Shown here: piece by piece, positions 47,126 to 59,500 of the stretch | How the letters are laid out: each line of letters opens with the position of its first letter | Position numbering within the stretch: position 1 is the first letter of the stretch | Assembly: GCA_964658305.1 (NCBI GenBank) | Contig: OZ210884.1 | Coordinates: 7,378,001-7,442,000, forward strand | Length of the DNA stretch: 64,000 nucleotides | Reading direction: 5' to 3' | Origin: Leptogorgia sarmentosa | Taxonomy: Eukaryota | Position numbers and translations under genes: made by a program | Notes under the pieces: generated by a model | What the model was told of the DNA's origin: nothing | The model's input: only the letters and a program-made list of their open reading frames with translations | Databases searched by the model: none

Positions 47126-50100
47126 CTATAATGATTTTCTAACTGTTCCCTGTTGGGAGACCGATCAACATATGTATGATTTATTACACTCGATATTAAG
47201 ACATATTGACCCAATCCACCGTGAGAAAAAAATTGTACAGGAAAAATTACACAGTTTGAGAAATATTAATGCATTTGGAAAAAGTTTCACAACACTGTGA
47301 AAACAAGTTTAACTTTCCATTATCGTCACTGAAGTACACATTAGTACACTTCCAGTGTTGAAAATCAAGGAAACTGAAAACACTGATATTGGCAGTTTTA
47401 TTTCGCTATTAAAATACAACAAATTAACCGTGAGGAAATCTTACCTGTTTCCATAAATAAGGAGTTTCCGACTCGGAATCGTCGGTGCTAAATACTCCAC
47501 GGTCGGTCATTTGAGCTGCATTACTCTCAGCATGTCCATCTGTTGTCGTCTGTATTGACAGTACTTTCTTCACCAGGCCCTCGCCGTCATCAACTGAGTC
47601 ATCAGGAAAAATTTCGAGCTTCCGAATATGATCATTCAGTAACAAAACGTCCTTGTTGAACTCACATTCCTGTGCAATTTGAAGGGCGTCTCTGGCATGG
47701 TCTAGAGCTTTCGACACGTTGTCATGAATGCTGAAATAATTGCTTTTAATTAGGTGAAAGTCGACCTGCAAAAGGAAACAAATATTGATGAAAAATGACA
47801 TTAGTATATTATTCATAGGTCGACGAGAAAAGGGTTAATCAAATGTTATGTGGCAATAATAGGTCGATAGCACAGTTTGTAATATCCAAAACTCCGGGCT
47901 AAATACCAAGTTCAGAATTTAATTCATAATTAAATTTATTATAAATGCTATTGGCCTTTTGAGACCTCGATACGATAATAATATGTGGCCATGGCCAGTG
48001 TGAAGGTAGCAAATGTTTTCATCAAAATCAATGTAGCAAAAGGTCTGCTCACTATAGTTAAAAATGATCCAAAATAATTGGACATTTCCAGTAAAGGCCT
48101 TTTGTCATGTAACTCATGTTGTACCATCGTTTTCCATATTGTTATGAAAATTTGAGATCATTATTAGCTGTCATTATAATCACTACGTACATGATAGCGT
48201 TAAGCCCCTTTCACACGACCATGTGCTTTTATATTGTGACAAATTTCATGTGTCAAATGTTTTTTGATCGTGTGTATTAGGAATCTTTGCCAAAGTTATT
48301 TTGACAAATGCATGTGTTCAAAAACTAGCTGGTTGACAAAAAAGTTGTCAAAGAAAATTTGGTCGTGTAAAAGGGGCTTCAGTAAGAGTACAAATTTTGG
48401 TTCTACAATGTAATCTACAAACCTTCTGCCTCGGAGAAATACCATCCCACAAATGACTTTCTAATTCTTCTATTGAATTATTGAACAGGGCGGCAAACTC
48501 TTTCTTATCTCCATCATCAAGATAAAATTGCATGATCGCCTTGCATCTTAAAAGTAGAATTTTTCTTTTGATCTTGTCGTATACGTATCTTTCATTTTTG
48601 AGAACTGCACACGTGTGTTCAGCCTTGTTTGTATGCTCGATTACATGTTTAGCGAGTTCTGACTTGGACCCAGTCTGGTGACTCTGATTTACGAATAACT
48701 GATAATGCGCATTTGCGAGGTGGAGTTGAGCTTTAAGTTCAGTATTATTGTACTCAGTTAGTTCTTCATTCGCCTTCTTTAGTGCTTTTTCAGCTTTGCC
48801 AAAATCTTTTTTCATGCAATGCAACCTTGAAGCTAGAAACAGACATTTACAGTAAATAATTTCATGAATGTCGTTGATATGCTCTGAATCAGATTCCTGA
48901 GTTACAGAAGACTGAGATTCTCTGAGCTTCCCCATATGTTTGCCCAAATTATTGATCATTTTCATGGCAGTTTCAATTTCATTCTTCTCACAAGCAGCGG
49001 CAGCATCCTCATAGTCCAAAAGCAAAATAATAACCGCGTTATCCTCATCATGCGCATACTGACTTCGTAATTGTTGTATTGCATCTTTATGGGCTTTCCA
49101 GTCGCCCTTTCCTCGAAATATCGACAACCGTTTCTCTGCCTCATTCATTCTTCTGACAACTGCAGGAACTTTGCTTATGGGCGAGCTGTTCATTGGATCA
49201 GGTTTTCTCTTTCGCCGTCGTCTTCCTTTCGTATGTTTGTTCTCCAGCGTCAACACCTCTTCGCCGCTGGGTTGATGTACCGGTAATACACGAATACTCT
49301 AAAAAAATATTCGAGCATGCTGAGCAAAAGTGATTGATCTGATTTTAGAATGGACAATAATTTAAGGAATTTATATATAAGGTATGGCAAAGGCACTGTT
49401 AGTTTAGGAACACTTACGGCAGGATTAAAGAGCTTGGTTAAGGAGCATGGTTGAGGAGCATAGCTTGGTTGAGGAGCATGACTCAGGAGCATGTTATTGG
49501 AATGGAAGTATTTGTGTTCTTGTTGGGTGCAAAAAATTTGCAAATTTTACTGCATGGCTATATATTTAACTTTTTACAATCGAATTTACACTTTTATCAT
49601 CTTCTGGATTCATTTCAACGCTATTGTAATGAATTGTTCTGTCTTGTTTTTTTATTACTGTTGTATCTATATGCAAAATCGGTCCAATTGATGTGTGTTA
49701 GACCAATGAAATCTAAAGGAACGCGTCCAGCTGCACAAGACATGTTCACAAAATAAGAAAGTTGTAGGAATTGAAGATATTCAACGTTAATACCTCTGAT
49801 GGACCGTCTCCACTCCCCTTTTCTTTTCCTTTGTGAATTGTGGTATGATTACCAATGACGATATTGCCAAAGTTCTTTTCAATGTTAACAGTAAACATCG
49901 TTTTTGGTTCGTCGGAAACCGTTCCTCTCTCCTCCCCGTTCATTTCCGCTTCACTATTCCTCCGCTGAGGAGGGCAGTCATCACCCTCATCCTCCTCTAC
50001 ACCTCCCCCATCAACTTCAACGACCTCTTCAACCGTGTCTAAACTAGCATTATGTGCCAGTGGTTTGCGTAGAATATATTCACAAACAGTGGAATAGATG

Positions 50101-50141
50101 AGATGAATCCAGTGGAACAACATGACACTCCAAAACGACAT
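47126..50141 (-). CDS. TPR-like helical protein with N-terminal hydrophobic segment, RHIM-like motif and basic (NLS-like) patch, about 522 aa
   Basis: complement join(49794-50141, 48423-49298, 47445-47765, possibly 47126-47149; alternative stop at 47424 by read-through). All introns are phase 0 GT-AG. Contains FTVNIEKNFGNIVIGNHTTIH, KGRRRRKRKP and TPR-like helices such as FLASRLHCMKKDFGKAEKALKKA. Confidence 0.75.
48203..48378. mobile_element. PIF/Harbinger-type MITE (intronic)
   Basis: TIRs AGCCCCTTTCACACGACCA / TGGTCGTGTAAAAGGGGCT; flanks are TTA and TCA. Confidence 0.75.
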
Positions 50142-53100
50142 GATGTAAACGAAATACTAAAATGATAAAGGAATAAGGGTGCTATCAGGACTAGCAGTTA
50201 ATCGAATGAAATTCAAACAATAGATAATGTGGTAATTTAATTATCTCCTTAACTATATTTTAACTCTAAACACCACGAAATTCGACGTCTAAAACGGCTA
50301 CAAACACCCTTTTGGAAAGGGGGTAGCAAATCTTCGAGTTAACCCCGACCACGCCCCAAGTCAGGCTCACAACGGTAATCACAAGGAAATGCCGGGCGTA
50401 GAATATATTGCGTATCATATAAACATGTTCTCTCATTTTACCTACCCTTCCCTCCCTCAATGTCTTAGGATATGTGCATTTTCAATAGCTTTACTTTATT
50501 TTCCCACTGACAATGACTTTGGTGGTGTTTATTGTTCACGGTTAAATTTCCTTTGAAACGTGCAGGTGTATTTAAGTATTTATTGATTGGATACATGTAG
50601 AAGACGAAAAAAACAACTGCAAATCTCAAACCAAAAAAGGAAAATGATGCATAAAACGTCAGTATGTGAATTTTCAGCCACGCGTATCTAATTGCACTGA
50701 GTGTCGAGAGTGCTTTGATTTCAGACATAAAATGCACGACACGAAGTGCGATCATCACTTCATTATCTTATTTATTTTGAAATCTTAAACTTTTTTTGTG
50801 AAGCGGAAGCGGTTTCTTTTCAAAAAGACACACCTCCGTGTGCTCCCTCTTGAATGCTGTAGCATAGCAACACTTGCAAAATGAACTCTGTGAAACTACA
50901 ACACTCATTCGGTGGAATACAAAGATAGATTTTAATAAAATGAAATCAAAAGGACAATAAAAGTAAGTTTAAATATATTATATAGGCTTTACGAGTAATT
51001 TGGTCCTGGGAGATTTGCTTCTTAAATTTGCCAGCATGTTAGTTGTTTTATTTGTCAAATTCTATCACTATTGCTTGATAATTATAACTGCTTCTTCTTT
51101 TGTTTTAAGCACAAAATATTGCTCAGATGATTACACAAATTGTAATTAATTGGTTTTCATCTTCTGTCATTTGCGGATTTATGTTCAAAGCTGGATGCGT
51201 CATTCATGCTGATGACTAAATACTAATGCACTCCTGTGAACCAATCAAATTGCACAGCAGGAAATCTTTGATCTCAGATAATTATAATAAGAACCATAAT
51301 CAAGCATTCTTGACAATTTGATATCATTATAGGGAGGTAAAAGTAACTTAATGTGCTCTAGAATGTAATTATAGCAAAATAATTACTATACTTATTAATT
51401 AAATTCTCACTGGAGAAATTTATTCACTGGGGAAGGTCAATGGAGAAATAATTTCCAGGTGGGCTATTTACTAATTGGTTCTCATTTGTTTTCTTTTTTT
51501 AGCGCCTGGGTATGAGGTTGCTATTTATCCTTATGAAATGGGGGAATTATTTGTTCTCAACTGGAAATTATTTTTCTCAATGTGAAAATCATTTATTGGA
51601 GAAACTAATTATTACCAAAGAAATTTATTGACTGAGAGTTATAATAATCATTAATCAATGTTTATTATTATTCACTGGGAAATTATTTAGGTTTTATGGC
51701 AGAAATGATTTAAATATGTACTGAGACTGTGATTACCGCGGTAACTCAGGGTAAGGGTAATTATCATTCAATATTGAACGTTAAATTTCCACATTTTGAT
51801 CAACACTAGTGTCCCAGCTGTTTAATAAACATTCTATAGGGATTAACTTCTTTTACTGAATCTATTGTTAAAGTTCGATTCGGTAGTATTACAATAGGGT
51901 TTTACAGACACTATCAATTGTTGAAATGATGCTACACGAAATATCCCTGCATCACGACATTGCCTGCTTAGGTTGTTGTTTAACGAATACGTATTGGACT
52001 GTGAAAATCCATACATAGAAATTGAAATACGTATATCACATTTATTTAGCTATTCCTGTTGATCTGAAAATTTGAATCATCAGAGTTGTTGGTCGAACGC
52101 GACCGTAATTGCAACATTTCACACTTTTTACAGTAGCTATGTCACACGCGTACACTGAACAATAACTAATTCTCGCTTTGTAAGCAATATTGAAACTGGT
52201 TTAATTTGAAACAGGCTTGAATATAAACACTGAATATATGCAATTCGTACAGTTTTTCGATAGAGAAACAAACCAAAGTATATACCAACCGTCGGTCCGT
52301 CACTAGATGTTGTAATCCATGGTCACATTGAGAACTAGTAAGCGAAGTACTCTGGGGAAATACCATGAAAATGCTTACGAATGAGAAATCATAATTCTTT
52401 GTAAGATGAAATTGTCTGCGGTTCGTATATAATTGTTCCGGTGTTATGATTTTTCAAGGGGAAATCCGGGAATTACGTAATGTTTACACTGAACAAATTC
52501 AAACGCATTTTGTCGAATACGTGGAAAAGTAATACATTGAATGAAAATCGAATTTCATTTATGATACTGTGACATTAAAGCTAGATTCTGTGTCATTCAG
52601 CTTTGGGAAAGTGATGCTTAATAAATAATAAAAATACTTTTGATAATAGCTACAAGGTAAGTTGTTCGCATTTATCATTATGCACATATGTTTAGTTGTA
52701 ATTTAATACTTAATGTCTTGTTTGGGGAACATTCTAAATATCCAGTTAGCTGTTAGCGTAGATTCATTGACATGTACATATTAAGACCCGATTACAAATG
52801 CCTAGGACAGGATTGAGTATACCACATTCACATCACCTTCTGGCAACATGAAAGAGACGAGAACAAAAATGAATTGAAAATGATATATTGCTCAAAATCC
52901 TTCAATTCTTGGGTTTCATGTGACGTATATATCTGATTAGCGATAACCTTTAAATAAAGACTGAATCATGGGAGTGAGCTGATGTATTGTTGCTTTAGTA
53001 GTGGACATGTGCAATTTCGAATCATTTGTTTACTCTCCAGGACTTCACCCAATTCAATACAATGTGAAATTCATCAATTCTTTATCAAATAGAAATAATT

Positions 53101-53354
53101 TTGGAAAATTTTGCATATTCTGTGATTGAGAAGATATCTGCGAATTACATCAGAAAAATTCGTGCTTGCATTGATAATCACAAATAACAACTAAAAGAGC
53201 GTATACAGATAGGGATAGTGACTTCCTATCCTCGTGACTGAATAAAATTAGAATATTACACTTCACAGCTGACGATTTGATTTTGTGTGTTTTTGTTTTG
53301 ATTGGCTAGGTGTGCTAGGTGTGCAATATCTCCTTCTGTTAGTACGTTGTCTGA

Positions 53355-55407
53355 ATGAATCTTGATGAGAAAATCCAATCGAATGGTGAACAAGTACTTA
53401 GTAGAGTGTTCTGTGACCATTTTTTGAATGATCAAGGATGTGTAAAAGAGTTGCGCATGGAAGAAATCAAAAGCGAGCTTCCGAGCGATCTTGCAAATAA
53501 ATATGATAACGATTCAAGAAGTTACAGTGCCAATATTGACGGCCAATCCAAGGAGGTGGCCAGCAATAACAAACATGATGGGGTTTTCAACATGGAAAAT
53601 GATAATGACAATCAACGTGTGATCAGTAATCCAGATATTGGTGTTACAAATACTAGTGAAAAGCTTCCTGTCAGTGTTTGCGAGGATCGTAAAAATGCTG
53701 ACGAAGAAACTGATAATGACGCTACTCAGTATTTTACATGTGAAGATGAACATGATGAAAGAGTCCAAGCTGTTTGCGGTGGCAGCCATGGTGAGATAGC
53801 AAAAATACTTTCGCCTGTCCAGCTAATCGAATCCAGTGATTTGTGCAACGCTAAGCATTACAAAAAGATCATGAACACTTTGGAAGAATTTCAAACTCAG
53901 AGCATGTGGGATGAACACAAACGCCTTACGTCCTGTTTGAATACAAACGAAATCAATCTTGATTTAAAAATTGTTTTGTTTCTTGAGGAGGGAATGGCAC
54001 AAATTTTCCAAAAGCATTTTTCATCAGGCAAAAAATTGTTTAGGAAAGCGTTACAGTTGTGTTCACAAAGTAAGAACTCGTGTCTTCTTCAAGGACGTTC
54101 ATTAATGTTTCTTGGTAATGCGTACAGGAAGGAAGGCCCAACCAAATATGGCAAAGCGTTGGCTTGCTTAACATCAGCGCAACAGAATTTGTCTCTTGTC
54201 GAATCCAAGGAGGATAAAGCCGAGATAAATTACTTTCTTGGTGTGTTTTATTTGAATATGTTAAGTATTTCAATAAATGAACCGAGTAAAAATTCCCGAG
54301 ACAGAATTGAGAAACATTACCAAGCTGTATATGATTATGCAATGGCGGAATCTGCATCACGCGTACGGGAAAAAATTCAACGGATTTTTCCCCTCGGCAT
54401 GGCAAACTTTTTACTTGATGGTCAAACAGAGTTAGCCAGATCTCGAATGGTACCCGAGAAGAAGATGAAGAGGGCTGAGGATTGCTTGAAATATTTCATT
54501 CAACAATTTCCGTTCGATAAACAACCGATCACTATGCAAACTGATTACTGTAAGTCCATGTCTGATTTGGAATATCGAAAAGGAAATCTTCATGCATCTC
54601 AGGTAAGCTCTAGCTAGTACAATACACCCGGGTGAGTCACGGGCGGAATAATAATAAGTTTGTATGTTTTTGAATGATTGAAAATCGCAAAACACTAGTG
54701 GCAATCAGGTTTGGTTTGTTACGCTTTACTGAACAGGACATACGGATAAAAAACCATGACCAGCCGCCAATTTAAAAAAATAAAGTAAAAAACAAATTCC
54801 GAAAATACAGGAGAATTGAATACTTGAGAATTCAATATATAATTCAAAACAAGACGCAGTTTGAGACTGTAAATTTTCGACTTGATTGCAAACTGCGTCT
54901 TGTTTTGAACTATATATTGAATTCTCAAGATTTCGGAATTTGTTTTTTTTACTTCAGGACATACGTATATTTTGCAGGAATTTTGAGAAAGCAGGTGGGC
55001 CTATTTTGCGCCTGCATCGCTATTTTTTTTATTAAACTCTTGGAAGATTGGGGCAAGAACCCAGTCTAGCGGTACTCATCAGAATACACAGCATTTACCT
55101 AAAGTAACGTGACAGCAAACCAACTGGTTCTCGTTGAACCAGTGGAATATATCAATGAATCATTTCTCTCGACGTTGTAATTCTGAATAATTTTTATTTT
55201 CAGGAATTTTTAATTAAAGGTCTTGAAATAGCCAGAATTCATGGGTATCACTTGGAAGTGCAGTCCCTTGAAAAGAGATTATCATTATTGGAGAAATGTT
55301 TACCTCGTGTCTCTCTATGCTTCCAGCCAGAAGATACTTGCAATCATGCTGATCAGAGTTCTACGGCTGACTCTGAGCTCAATGTCTTTTGCTCAGGAAC
55401 TGAATGA
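53355..55407 (+). CDS. TPR-like helical protein with an acidic, low-complexity N-terminus, about 483 aa
   Basis: join(53355-54602, 55204-55407) with a phase-0 GT-AG intron. TPR-like segments include SLMFLGNAYRKE..YGKALACLTSA and AEINYFLGVFY. A probable non-coding first exon ends at the donor near 52657, with an acceptor at 53342. Confidence 0.8.
54782..54954. repeat. Intronic fold-back palindrome
   Basis: CTTGAGAATTCAATATATAATTCAAAACAAGACGCAGTTTG pairs with CAAACTGCGTCTTGTTTTGAACTATATATTGAATTCTCAAG. Outer arms are AAGTAAAAAACAAATTCCGAAA / TTTCGGAATTTGTTTTTTTACTT. Confidence 0.8.
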
Positions 55408-56018
55408 GTAACTGACAAATATGATGAAAAAGAACGTTCATCGATAAGAAAAGATTGTACTATTAACAAGAATTCATCTTTAAAACATATTAATAGCAGG
55501 ATTACTTGCAAATAAATTTTAAACGTAGTTCCAACCATTTTCATTAGGGCCATCTTTTTGCCGGATCGCGTGTGCACGGAAGAAAACAGTTGAATGTAGC
55601 TGAAGAGAACATCAAAGCTCAGTTCAAATAAAATTCAACTCTTATTGTCGTCTGTGTCCGAATGTAGATCGAAAGCTATTCTTACCAGAAGACTAAATCA
55701 ATCTGGAAACATGTGATAATAAAATTTATTAGTAACGTCACCATATATACAAGTCTAAACTTTTAAAGTCTATAAGTATCATATTTCTGATTTCTTTGTA
55801 CATTACGCTTCTGTGAATATATTATTATCTATAAATATAACATATTAATATATACATAAAGAATACAACATTATAAATATATTAGACAAAGTCGATTTCT
55901 TTACAATTTTGTACAATCTTTTACATATATCTGTCTATGATTTACTTTTCTCTTAAATAAAATTATACTATACACACTTATTGAGTCTCGCTGGGTGCCC
56001 ATGCTACATAACCTCCAA

Positions 56019-56434
56019 CACGGTATTTTTCTACTCACCACGAATAAGGTAGCGTGCAGCACGGTATTTTTCCATATGCCACGAATAAGGTAACGTGCAG
56101 CACGGTATTTTTCCACATGCCACGAATAAGGTAGCGTGCAGCACGGTATTTTTCTACTCACCACGAATAAGGTAACGTGCAGCACGGTATTTTTCCACAT
56201 GCCACGAATAAGGTAGCGTGCAGCACGGTATTTTTCTACTCACCACGAATAAGGTAGCGTGCAGCACGGTATTTTTCCACATGCCACGAATAAGGTAACG
56301 TGCAGCACGGTATTTTTCCACATGCCACGAATAAGGTAGCGTGCAGTACGGTATTTTTCTACTCACCACGAATAAGGTAGCGTGCAGCACGGTATTTTTC
56401 CACATGCCACGAATAAGGTAACGTGCAGCACGGT
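56019..56434. repeat. 41-bp minisatellite, 10 full copies
   Basis: Unit CACGGTATTTTTC(TACTCA|CACATG)CCACGAATAAGGTA(G|A)CGTGCAG, head-to-tail with no spacers. Confidence 0.97.
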
Positions 56435-56584
56435 TCGGTACGAACAAAGCTCCATCGGGAATATTCCGGATATCTCAACACGAGAATTTAATGAATCCAC
56501 TACCCAGTTAGTGTTGCTTGTCCAAGATGATTTTGAAGTCTTTCAAGACCATAAAATCTTTCAATCGATATTTTGATCTCAAAT

Positions 56585-59500
56585 TCACAAGTGTTTTACG
56601 GGCGTGCGTCCCGATGCCAATCGAAACAGCTCGTCTTTGATCGCACGTACCAGTGGCTCAGCGGACTCTCCCGTTGCGGTACCGGGTCCACCCCCGTCAG
56701 GCATATCGATCACAGCATCACGTGGTACGCTAGGGCGATCCGACGTTGTAGCCAGAGGAGTTTCCTGCATTTTTGACAAGAAACTCGAGTTGTTTGGATC
56801 TAACGTACCTGGCATTTGGACCTGAAGAAAAATATGTACAATTAATCAACGACAAGTATTTCAACACCTCAGATTGTCCTGAAAACCCCCCTGAAAACGT
56901 ATTGTAACCCTATACTCAAGCTCTCTAAGCCTGTTTTTCACTAGGCGAATTTTATCATGCCAACAAAGAAAAAAAAAACAACTGGATTGTTTGGCGACAA
57001 ACACTGACGACATTGCCATCAAAATCACATCCACTTTCTGCTTGTTCGCGTGAAAAAACTCGGTGTGTAGAAAACGGGCTGACATGCACCATAAACAGCT
57101 GGCATAAAAACCATTAATTAGCTATCTGGCATAAACACTGTGATAGAAAGATGTGTGAGGTAAGCAAGGTAACTTATTCCTACGTATTACAAATGGGGGC
57201 AAACCAAGACAAAATATTAACTTTAGCTCGTCGTGGCAGCAGGACGTGAGATTGTACTTACGTTTCGATAAAAGTCTTCCATTGCGTATTCTGTAGTATA
57301 TGGCGACCACACCAATCCACCCTGGAAATATAAGTAAGTTTCAATATGTGACCAATGTAGGTAGAGTCACGTTTCAAGCAAAAGCCGTTGTATGACGTGC
57401 TCCAAACGTCGAAACGTTTAATTGTTCTTACTTGCTATCCTTACTCTATCATGTCTTCTATTTATGTACAGACACAGTTGGAACACTCTCTAGCATTTAT
57501 TTTGTTAATCTAGAGTCTGAACAGTGGCGTAGCCAGAACGATAATTGGGGAGGGGGGCCATATTCATATATTCGTGTTCACACAGCTACCATAAAAACAA
57601 TGGATTTGAAAATAAAATAAAAACGCAGAACAAGAATATATGAATATGGGCCCCCCAATTATCGTCTGGCTACGCCACTGAATCTGAAATGTCCCCCTGC
57701 GAATCAAGCCAACCTACCATTCCATCCGGGGTTTGTTGAACTGGAGTAAAGTGTAGTTGCCCATCTGTGTAGGAATATGGATGAGCACCGTAGGGTCTGT
57801 AAGCGGATTGGTTGAGAATTCTAAGGAAAATAAGTTGACAAGATTAGCGAATAGAAACTATTAAAATAACATTTATTACCACAAAATAGAAGCATATTGG
57901 TTGGATTATGAATGGTCGAATGCATTCCTAATTGAATGAAATAACGGCCATGATTCACGTGATCTTCTACTCCTTTTGGAGGAGAAAAGATCTTGAGAAA
58001 AGTTGGAAATTATTTTCAACTAGTTTCATGTTTATATTTCCACATAAACTGAAGCCCAGAGTGCAAAATATGGCATCTTGGATGATAACATTACTGTCTA
58101 CCCTTTGGTGAAAATTTATTAGAGATATCATTTTCTTAAAGAGGGTTGCTGTATGCATTTTGGGTGCATGTGGTTGCAATATCAACTGTGTCAATCGTCT
58201 TTTAGCCACCACAACTAGATTTATATAGATTGTTTTAAATAAGGCAGTGAATGAAAAGGCAAACCTTTGTTTATCAGCTGGATCCCATACGACGAGGGGA
58301 TTCTTCGTGACGACTGGGGGCGGAGGTGGTGGTGGGTACCGGGGAGAATAACTACCTGACATTCCAGGATAATATTGCGAGGGATATGGCAGCGAATTCT
58401 GAGAATTCATGAATCTCCGTCTATGTCTTGCGGATGGAACAGAAGCACGACCGTGTGATGGGGGAGGTTCTGGTAGGGCTGGGGCCAAGGTCTGAGGTCG
58501 GGGATATAAGGGAGGTGGTTGCTTATGGTATTTTTGAGGTTGTGCACCTGCGTCCACTTGATCTGTAGTTTCTGGATGTTTCTTGGAAACAGATTTGATT
58601 GATGTAAAAGCATCGTCTATGAGCGCAATCATTCTGCGTCGTGCTTCACCCATACTGATGTCAGAGTCTGATTGCGATTCCTGTTCTGCCTTTGCAACCT
58701 ACGCAAAACAAGCTTTAAATTTAGTGGCCAGACTTAACTAACGTTTTAAGTTATAAACAAAAATATTTTCAACTTTAAAAATATACGTGAAGTAATAAGA
58801 AATCACTCCTTTGTTGTTAATCTTGGCTTATTGCACCTCAGGAAAGTTAAATTAGCTTCTGACAAACAGCAACACAAAAACGTGCTGTTATAGCTAATAT
58901 ATTTCTGTCATTCATCAACCATTCAATTCAATGCTCAAAGGTATAACAACGCACGTTTAACAACAAAATAGACGAATTCTATGCAGTTACTGCCCAAAAC
59001 AGTCCTACTCGTTGCCAAAATGGACCCTGCCCTCAGGGCCGTCGCTAGAACGTTAATTGGGGGGGGTGCATATTCATATTTTGGCGTTCTGCCGACTGAT
59101 TTCTTTTGAAATCAGTTGTTTATGAATTAATTTCTAAAGAAATCAGTCGGCAGAACGCCAAAATATGAATATGCACCCCCCCAATTAACGTTCTAGCGAC
59201 GGCCCTGCCTGCCCTTTACTTATATTTGAGATAATATTCCCGTCCCGCTAGTTTTATGAGCAACTATAGAGGGGACGTTTTTTGGGTCACCCAGTATATA
59301 TACTTCAGTATCAAAGTAATTCATTGTGATTCAATCATTATAAAGATTGTCAACTAAATTTACTAATTTTTCAACACCAGAAATACAGTAGGTAAAACTC
59401 CCAATCGCCACTATAACTGCACTTATTTACTATTGATGTAGTCGCACCTTTTCATCTCGAGGACTGGTGAGTTTCTTAAATCCACGAAGTTCAACATTCT

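Noticed and set aside
56019..56434. Possible CRISPR array
   Set aside because: Units are head-to-tail with only two alternating internal variants and no unique spacers. There are no cas genes and the context is eukaryotic.
55901..56447. Repetitive ORFs (WKNTVLHATLFVV...)
   Set aside because: They are translations of the 41-bp minisatellite.
57388..57420. GACGT..ACGTC-GAAACGTT hairpin resembling a Penelope hammerhead
   Set aside because: The CTGANGA core is absent and stem I is not evident, so it is too degenerate to call.
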